From: an uncultured Nitrososphaeraceae archaeon
Lineage (GTDB): Archaea > Thermoproteota > Nitrososphaeria > Nitrososphaerales > Nitrososphaeraceae
Reading direction: 5' to 3'
Assembly: GCA_963825865.1 (NCBI GenBank)
Contig: CAWGVG010000031.1
Location: 1-14,468 of the forward strand
DNA: 14,468 nucleotides
Shown here: positions 1 to 7,591 of the stretch, piece by piece
Position numbering within the stretch: the first letter of the stretch is position 1
Layout: the number at the start of each line of letters is the position of its first letter
Position numbers and translations under genes: made by a program
The notes under the pieces: generated by a model
Database searches by the model: none
What the model was told of the DNA's origin: nothing
The model's input: only the letters and a program-made list of their open reading frames with translations

Positions 1-155
1 TATGAACGATTTAATGGGTCAGAGGATGCTGCCGAAGTAATCACCATATCTATCAGATAATTGCATCCGCTGTTCATTCCTATAATGAATAGTGGTATGA
101 AAATAGGAAAGACTGTCACAAACGGGTAAAGACTGTGCTACAAAAGAAAATATCG

Positions 156-400
156 TTAGTCTTCCAAAAGAGGTCTTCCTGGAATAGTGAGTGTACCTCC
201 TACGCTTGGATTAGTTGGCTTTAGTGATGGATGGGTTGGCTTTACACTTCCCCCTACTCCTGGTTTCTTTACATGGCTTCCTGATGATGATGAAAATCGC
301 CTGGAACTTCCTGGTTTTTTGCTACTTGCACCATATGTTGGACCTGTAGTCGTTGGTACAGTAATCATCATAATTACCAAGATTACGCCTACGAACTTAT
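156..400 (-). other. Possible fragment of a secreted Pro/Ser/Gly/Lys-rich protein
   Basis: The minus-strand frame reads KFVGVILVIMMITVPTTTGPTYGA (signal-peptide-like) then a low-complexity SSKKPGSS...KPTHPSLKPTNPS tract. There is no clean start and I recognise no family. Confidence 0.25.
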
Positions 401-957
401 AGCAGTATTATTATGATGATAATAGGCGGTAATCTAATCCTTAAATTTTCTATTCTTTTTTCATAGACTCGTTCTAACTACTCTTCTCATCATAACAGCA
501 AATAACTTCCAAGTAAGATTATTGAAACTTGCAGGACTTACTTGGCATATCAATGAAACCAATGTCTTCTTGTAGTCATTATTCGGAAATGTGTAGTTCT
601 AGATGATATTCATATATTGCAATTAATGCATGCGCGCCCTGCAATAGATATGGTATAAGGCAGTCCCCCCCCATTAAATCTGTTTTTAATTCTACACATA
701 TGCTGTAATTATCATCAAATGAGTTACAGTTTAAATGCTGTATCTTGTGCTCTAAGGCTTACTTCCGTTGTGATATATGGATCGAACTCTTCATAATGCT
801 CTTCAACTTGCCTTTGAGACTAATACCCTCGTATTCCTTCTTAGCCATTAGAGGACCTTCATTGCTTTGCATTAAGGGCTCTATAACGTGATACCAAAGA
901 CTTATAAGTTGCCTTTTCAATTGAAGTATGATAGGGTTATATTATGTGGCAAATGCT

Positions 958-1221
958 TTAGATATTTTCATGTTCTTCTTTTGCTTTGCTTTCTATCGTT
1001 TGTAATATTGTATAATAATTTGGAAATTCATTTAGGTGTGCAAGTGCAATATTTCAGTGATTTTTTAGTCATCACTAGTCACATTCTATTGTCAATAACG
1101 GCTTCATTTCTAACTCCACATTCAGTCCCATTCTAAACTGTTCTGTATCAAACTTACTCCAGTCAATACCGGAGCTTCACCTATTCTCCTAGCATCTCTA
1201 TTGTAAAACCTTAGTAGTCAA
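958..1221 (-). pseudogene. DUF5661-like small protein, frameshifted (not in the ORF track)
   Basis: Manual translation across frames gives ARRIGEA-GIDWSKFDTEQFRMGLNVELE...NVTSDD...IALAHLNEFPNYYTILQTIESKAKEEHENI*. This matches my recollection of the DUF5661 pattern (GIDW..FD.EQF.MG..VELEH...IALAHL.E.PDYY). Several indels are needed to join it. Confidence 0.75.
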
Positions 1222-1617
1222 GATGTAATATTCATTAAAACAATAATATTATTACTTTTGCATATGTAGAAAGGAAAGTCCTTACTACTATATTCATGCT
1301 ATCGATCAATTGACTTTGTTAGTAGTATGTTCATATCTCCTGTAATGTTTTGTCGTTGATATCTGCCATCGTGGGAATACACATAGTAACGGGGACTATT
1401 TTTATCCGACAGACTCAGCCTATATCCAGATGGTGCGGAGAATACAGAATAAATATAATAGTCATAACTTTATTTGCATTGCATTTTTGGGTTGGTTCCA
1501 CCAAGGCTGAAGTATAGACGATTTTTCCTCGTGCACCATTAACTAAATATAAATCCGTTGGTCCTTCCTACAAAGACTGTAGTAAGTAGACTACAGGTAT
1601 AAGTTATGAAACTCCAC

Positions 1618-2570
1618 TTATTGCACTTGAGAGTAGGGTTCCATTAGTAGAACAGTCCATGTGTTGGATAGTATTTTTGCGGGAGAATATCCAACAAGCA
1701 TCTTTGTATCATTAACTACTTCAATATTGTATCCAGACTTACCAGAGATAGCATCTTTAAAACTTTGTAGATTAGCAAAAGATTCTGGAGTCTTTGAAGT
1801 TGTGAATCTGAATCAGCCACTTTCTGACCCTGGCTATCAATGTATACTATACGTTCCAAGGATGAAGAGATTGAAGATATCTGTCAAATACGCTAAATTC
1901 TAGTGCACCATCCCATACTCCTATTAAAGATCCATCTTTGTCAGAATGTATTGGCACTGCAATAACTGATACTCTCTTTCCTGTAGCCTTGGATACAATC
2001 ATATTTCCAAGGAAGGCATCTTTTGTTTCAATTGCTCCTTTATGGTAGTCTCTAAATGAAATTATTTTGTGTAAGATTGAGTTGGCGCCAATAGGGTCTG
2101 TCATGTACATATCTCCATTGGGAAGAAGGAAAGATATTCCAGCAAAATCATCATCAGCTTTCAAAATAGCATCTGCAATATTTCTTTTCGCAACATCTAT
2201 ATCATTGGCAATACCATGTAGACTACTATTGATTTTATCAGCATATTTAGCATTACCTACTTGTGGTAACATACTTGTTACCTTGAGATGGTGCTGCTGA
2301 GTTATTTAGACTCTGACCTAAGCTATTAGCCAAAACTTTTGCAATTGTAACTTTATCAGCTTGCGACTGATTTTGAAGGTTTATAGTATTATCATTATTT
2401 TGGGCGTTTGCATTAGGTAAATGAAGGATATATGGGCTTATTGATAGTAACGATAGTGTCAAAACTGTTATGCCAAGAATTACGGACAGGACTTTCTGCT
2501 CTTCTCTGTCCTCCTTTGTCCAGTGATATTCAACATGATTTTTCCTATAGAGATCGATTATGTTATGCAC
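1618..2570 (-). pseudogene. Membrane-anchored/secreted double Cache (dCache_1-like) ligand-binding protein, split by frameshifts
   Basis: N-terminal hydrophobic helix VLSVILGITVLTLSLLSI (ORF 2253..2570). Cache motifs FRDYHKGAIETKDAFLGNMIVSKATGKRVSVIAVPI...LIGVW (ORF 1847..2272). A second PDC-like subdomain is readable in other frames: ERIVYIDSQGQKVADS, then FKDAISGKSGYNIEVVNDTKMLVGYSPAKILSNTWTVLLMEPYSQVQ* ending at 1618. Indels near 2290, 2060-2095, 1860 and 1800. True start uncertain. Confidence 0.75.
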
Positions 2571-2984
2571 TATATCAGGTTACATGACGTCTGACTTACT
2601 GAGACCAAGGAAAAATCAAGCCCATGTGCAGTCTTATAAGTGAATACGTTATCAGTAAACAAGCCATAGATAAAAAAAGTAATGCTGTTCTGCTTCATAT
2701 GAGACTACTGCTGATAGTAACAATATTTCCAAAGATTCAAAAAAGAAGGAAGTAGTAGTAGTAATGACAATGTAAACTCTATTAGAAAACATTCGAGTAA
2801 GAATAGGATAAAAGATTTACATTATAAATCAAAAAGAATAACGGGTGGTCAATCAAAGCAAAATCATTCAGCAGTTTATGATTAGAGGTGTAATGCACTA
2901 AAAGAAATTATCACAACGGTTTTTGTCTGCTAGTATGTAATTCTCTTAGAGTTATTATTCTTATACTCGTGTTCTTTAAGACGT

Positions 2985-3440
2985 GTGTTTCTTTTCTTAC
3001 GGGCACGCATTGTATCTATTACCGATATTATGGATAATAAATTTGGTCATCACTGGCAGACTGGTGTTGCTCGTGATGTACAAGAGGCTATCCGAAATTT
3101 TCTCAAATTACTACATAGACATTGGAACACCCAGTGGTGTCTATTGAGTGGCGACATAAATATTGTTCCTGTAAGACACGTACTTGGAAATGAAAGTTGG
3201 TATTCTATACCTAAGGAAGATAAACTTGAACCTGATGAAGGAAACTACTACATTCATGTTCTACAAGATAAAATGCCTCTGTTATCCTTTCGTTCAATGG
3301 GGTGGTGGAAAGACACAGCTCTTAGCGTAATTATATGCTCTTGTTTTGTCCTGCTTGCAATAAATCACATGAAGGCAGTTTTGGAGACAACTGCGCTGAA
3401 TGGAAATGCCAACACAATGATAGTTACTTTATTTAGGTAA
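2985..3440 (+). pseudogene. Fragment resembling the N-terminal part of a C25 (gingipain-family) cysteine peptidase domain
   Basis: DVQEAIRNFLKLLHRHWNTQWCLLSGDINIVPVR resembles the C25 motif IR.FLK.....W...YVLL.GD...VP.R. No signal peptide or catalytic His/Cys region follows, and the last third of the ORF looks unrelated. Confidence 0.5.
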
Positions 3441-3597
3441 GTAAGTAAGCATAATAATAATCGTCATCTTATGAACAAATGAACACAATGCCCTTATCGA
3501 CAGAGTATATGAGAACTCAACGAGAGACCTTATATTCTCACAACCAATCATACGTAGAGTATCAAGAGAGTAAAGATAGTGTTGATACAGACTAGAA

Positions 3598-6075
3598 TTG
3601 AAAGAGGAAGAGGATGACGAGTATGGGAGAGATGATGAACAAAAAGATGAACTAAATCAACATTCTGAACAAACAGTAAGTGACTATTATGGAGATACTC
3701 CCCGACAACAAAAATATCATGCGAAGGAAGGCTATCGCAAATACAAAGGTGCTATAGTATTGGAACCTATAAGAGGTCTTCATCGTGATGTTTACCTGTT
3801 TGATGTTACCAGCCTATATCCTACGATGATAATAAAATATAATCTATCTCCTGAGACTGTTAATTGTTCCTGCTGTAAAAATGAACCTAAAGCCAAAGAG
3901 AAACTTACATCAGAGATTCTGAAGGATTGCAGTCATATACCAGCAAAAGATGAAGGTCTTTATTGGATATGTCAACGACGAAGAGGATTATTTGCAAAAA
4001 TTTTACAAGAACTAACAGAGCAGCGTATCAAATACAAAAATGCGGGTTTAGAAGTTGAAAGTCAAGCAATCAAAGCAATAATTAATAGTGGATATGGTGT
4101 CTTTGGTAATCCTTACTTCAAATACCACGATCCAAGGGTTGCGGAATTGGTAACAGCATTTGGTCGATATACATTAAATAAGATGCAAGCATTAGCTGAT
4201 GAGAGTGGTTTTTCCACTCTTTATGGTGATACTGATTCTTTATTTGTAAATAATGTAAAAAGCATTGATGAGAGCAGCAAGTTCATTGCTGAATGTAAGT
4301 CAAAGTTGGAGGTTGATGTCAGCCGTGATAAAATGTTCAGCAAATTAGTCCTTGTTGGCAAAAAGCACTACATTGGAATACCGTCTGATCCAACTAAAGA
4401 GCCGATCATCAAAGGAATGGAAGGGATAAAATCAGATAGGCCTGAATTTATTCATAGGGCGTTCAGACAGCTGGTAGAGGCCATCAAAAATAGCGTTAGT
4501 CCGATTCCTAAATTAAAGCAAGCCTTATATCAATTAGAAAATAGACAAATTGCTCCAGAACTGCTTGCTATATCTTTAGTTATGCGAAAGAATCTAGAGG
4601 AATATGATCAGGTTTGTAAACAGAGCAGATTGGGCTCTAAACTTAGATTACGCAAAGGCGATACTCTTGTCTATTATAAATGTGACATAGTCGAGACTGT
4701 TTATGATTCAAAGAAGAAGCAAGATGTGCTGAAAAGGATTTATGAGTCGGAGAATCCACAGGACATTAGTTACGCCGCTTACAAAAAGATGTTTGTAAAT
4801 AATGTTAAAGATGTTCTAGAGATTTTGCGTTATGATATAGAGAAAGATTTACTAGATGTAAATAAAACACAATTAATTGAGAGCAGTCACTTAAATACTA
4901 CCAATGTCACTAATAGTGCTACTGCCATAGCTACAAACCAGATTGTGCATAAGGTTACCATTGAACAGAAACAAATGAAGCAACTGGTATTAGAAGGAAT
5001 AGAACTTATTTTATCACTCTTTGTTGCAGTCGTACAGCAAAGATTATTTCCAAGGACCATCATGACAAAACACACCAAAGGGCAAATTGTAGTAAATAGC
5101 AAGGAGGAGGTTGTGCATTATTTTGAAATTGCCGGTTATGAAGACTGCCGAATAAATGCATATCCAACATTTTTATCGAAGGCTGAGGAACAAGATTTCA
5201 AAAAAGGAATCAACCTGAATTTGTTTGCGCCCAACATCCTTTTCATTGACTTGGATGCAAAAAGATTCAAGTCTGATAAAGAACTTCAACATTCATTAAA
5301 CCAAATTCTAAAGAATATCGCTTATCTTTTACATGATGTTGAGCCTTTGGTATTATGGTCCGGCCATGGTTATCATGTTGTAATTCCCGTCAATTGCAAA
5401 GAAGCATTAGAACACTTTCAGGAGTTCGCACAATATACTAGCGAACCTTCAAAAGAGTTTTTACAATTTGCAGAGCGCCATTTATCATTTAATAAAGCCG
5501 ATCCTGCAAACAATCCGTCTTTCAAATCCTGTTTGCTTAGAGTACCATACACATTTAATTCTAAATGTATTGGTGAATGGGTAGACGCAGAGGTCAAAAT
5601 AATTCAGAGGTTGGACAGCTCTAAGCCGTTACCAAACATAGATAACTTACTAATTGAGTTTCAGACATTCCTTGTAGATCAAAAGTTGAAAGCAGAAATT
5701 AAGCAAGAAAATAGAAGTAAGAGGCACTCTAGATTCAGCCCGATTCCTATAACCAATACAATTCCATATGTGGAACGACTCCTCGAAATGTCGCTGAAAG
5801 ATTATCGGAAGATCTCAATATCTCTAATACTGGCGCCGTATTTTGTAAATATAAAAAAGCTTTCTGATACTGATTCTTTTAGTAAGATAAAACAATGGGT
5901 TTTAAAGTGTAATGATGTTAGAAAGTTAGAACCATCTTTAGAATACCTTGATGGCATAATTCACAAAGCAATAGAGAGAGCAAGAGAAACAGGCATAAAG
6001 CCTTTGAAGCTTGAAGAGACCCTGCACTATAAAAATACAGAATTATATAACTTGTTACATCAATCCAAAAGATGA
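3598..6075 (+). CDS. Family B DNA polymerase core fused to an archaeo-eukaryotic primase catalytic domain and a PriX-like domain
   Basis: PolB: YKGAIVLEP, motif A FDVTSLYP (3799-3822), motif B QAIKAIINSGYG (4063-4098), motif C YGDTDSLF (4222-4245), KKHY and IKGME. AEP: motif I FIDLD (5242-5256), motif II WSGHGYH (5356-5376), motif III D(5500)...LLRVP. PriX-like: IPYVERLLEMSLKDYRKISISLILAPYFVNIKK from about 5761. TTG start uncertain. Confidence 0.9.
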   Translation: MKEEEDDEYGRDDEQKDELNQHSEQTVSDYYGDTPRQQKYHAKEGYRKYKGAIVLEPIRGLHRDVYLFDVTSLYPTMIIKYNLSPETVNCSCCKNEPKAKEKLTSEILKDCSHIPAKDEGLYWICQRRRGLFAKILQELTEQRIKYKNAGLEVESQAIKAIINSGYGVFGNPYFKYHDPRVAELVTAFGRYTLNKMQALADESGFSTLYGDTDSLFVNNVKSIDESSKFIAECKSKLEVDVSRDKMFSKLVLVGKKHYIGIPSDPTKEPIIKGMEGIKSDRPEFIHRAFRQLVEAIKNSVSPIPKLKQALYQLENRQIAPELLAISLVMRKNLEEYDQVCKQSRLGSKLRLRKGDTLVYYKCDIVETVYDSKKKQDVLKRIYESENPQDISYAAYKKMFVNNVKDVLEILRYDIEKDLLDVNKTQLIESSHLNTTNVTNSATAIATNQIVHKVTIEQKQMKQLVLEGIELILSLFVAVVQQRLFPRTIMTKHTKGQIVVNSKEEVVHYFEIAGYEDCRINAYPTFLSKAEEQDFKKGINLNLFAPNILFIDLDAKRFKSDKELQHSLNQILKNIAYLLHDVEPLVLWSGHGYHVVIPVNCKEALEHFQEFAQYTSEPSKEFLQFAERHLSFNKADPANNPSFKSCLLRVPYTFNSKCIGEWVDAEVKIIQRLDSSKPLPNIDNLLIEFQTFLVDQKLKAEIKQENRSKRHSRFSPIPITNTIPYVERLLEMSLKDYRKISISLILAPYFVNIKKLSDTDSFSKIKQWVLKCNDVRKLEPSLEYLDGIIHKAIERARETGIKPLKLEETLHYKNTELYNLLHQSKR

Positions 6076-6288
6076 CGTGACTATATGACCGTTATATGTG
6101 AACCCTTTTACGTAATGGGCCCAAGCAGATATGATTCCTATCAGCCGGTATTAAAAAAACCTTGGAAAGAAACCTTCATACATAGGTCTAGAATAATGAT
6201 AACCATAACCGTGGTAATTTCTAAAACCTAAAGAGGAGTTATAGAAAGGATAAAAAATTTTCTGTCTATTGTTATTATTGCTGATATA

Positions 6289-7386
6289 TTAAATTACACC
6301 TTTCCTATACAGAAAATAAACAGCTGCTACAGGCAGCGGGAATCCCAAATATAACAGCATATGCTATATAAACAAGCGTTATAGGGTTTACCTTGAAAGG
6401 ATTAGATGGATTATTGACACTCTTATATTGCGCTGCTAGTTGATTTGGCAGCAGCTGAGGAAATACTCGGATTATCGTATACAGTAGTATTAAATACAGT
6501 AAAAGATGTTTTTGCACCACCGACATTTTCAACTCTGATAGTTGTAGGACCTGAATTTGAAAATACATAATGCTGAAGATTCATTCCAATTTGTGAAATA
6601 CTTGGCACACGTTCAAGTTGTTTTCCATTTTGCATCAAGATAAAATCAAATGGCAAAAGATTCGGTTTATTGTTCGCAAGATCAAAGAAAACAACGAAGA
6701 AGGATATTTCCTTACCTGTCAGTAGAACTTGAGGATCCCAGCTTAACCCTACTTCAATTTTTCCATCACTTGTAAAATGGTAAACTGGAAATTTGCTTAT
6801 CCTTTTACCAGAAGCGTCAACAGGATAGTTTGGAATATTTTGTGCTTGTACACCTTGGACTGAAACTACACCTTCCATCCATGGATGAATAGTACAAAAA
6901 TAAGTATATGTTCCAGGATTAGTAAATGTATGTATCCATGATTCCCCAGTCTTAAACAGGCCACTATCAAATATTCCATTTGATGTTCCCCTTTTATTAT
7001 TCATCAAGCTTTCTATTCCAGCGCCAACTCCACTTGTAACAGTATGAGCTTCTGTGTCTTGGTTTATCCATTTAATGGTATCATTTGTATGTATTGTTAT
7101 CTGTCTTGGAAAATACCATTGTCTTGGACCTAGCTTGGTAATATCGACCTCTGGATTTGCTGAGCCTTTTGGTATTGTGACATTAAATGACTTTCCTCCA
7201 GAGGAAGAATCGGCATATGCAAGGTGATAATAATAATAGGAAGAAGAATAATTATTATCATCATCGTTGTCACCGATTTTCTTATAAAAGAAGAAGGACA
7301 ATGATGAATTGATCGAGCTAGTAAAAATAGAAAGAGTGAGAAGAAAATAATAATAGAGATGAAAAAAGAAAAAATTTATGGTTCAT
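6289..7386 (-). CDS. Secreted, C-terminally membrane-anchored cupredoxin (plastocyanin/azurin-like) domain protein, frameshifted
   Basis: Type-1 Cu ligands AHTVTSG...YFCTIHPWM, plus FDSG. A probable ATG at 7386 with signal-like MNHKFFLFSSLLL needs one indel in a T run. The C-terminal helix ITLVYIAYAVIFGIPAAVAAVYFLYRKGVI* (stop 6289-6291) needs indels near 6445 and 6330. Main ORF 6423..7301. Confidence 0.85.
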
Positions 7387-7591
7387 ATAATTATTGTTAT
7401 GATTTATGAGGTAATTGTTATTATAGAATCCACTGAGCCATCAGTATATTCAAATATGATATGGGCATATGATGAAAATGCCTCTTCATCTATGGTAACA
7501 TTAGAAGTTTGCTTCATCCCAGCATCATATATGTCTAGTTGTAAACAAGTTATATTAACCAATATGAAAAAGTATGTACGTCTATAACAAA

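Noticed and set aside
187-402. 71-aa plus-strand ORF
   Set aside because: Antisense to the low-complexity minus-strand frame and has no independent support.
460-900. Possible decayed minus-strand gene and a short near-palindrome around 617-634
   Set aside because: All frames I read are interrupted by stops and I recognise no family. The palindrome is short and imperfect.
888-1136. 82-aa hydrophobic plus-strand ORF
   Set aside because: Antisense shadow of the DUF5661-like gene, with no recognisable motif.
1661-2300. Plus-strand ORFs 1661..1903 and 2067..2300
   Set aside because: Antisense shadows of the Cache gene.
4887-5102. 71-aa minus-strand ORF across the polymerase-primase linker
   Set aside because: Antisense to a strongly supported CDS, with no motif.
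3598-6075. Casposon, pipolin, protein-primed PolB or CRISPR-associated primase-polymerase assignment
   Set aside because: No Cas1, CRISPR repeats, terminal inverted repeats or TPR1/TPR2-type inserts are visible. The motifs look like cellular RNA-primed PolB.
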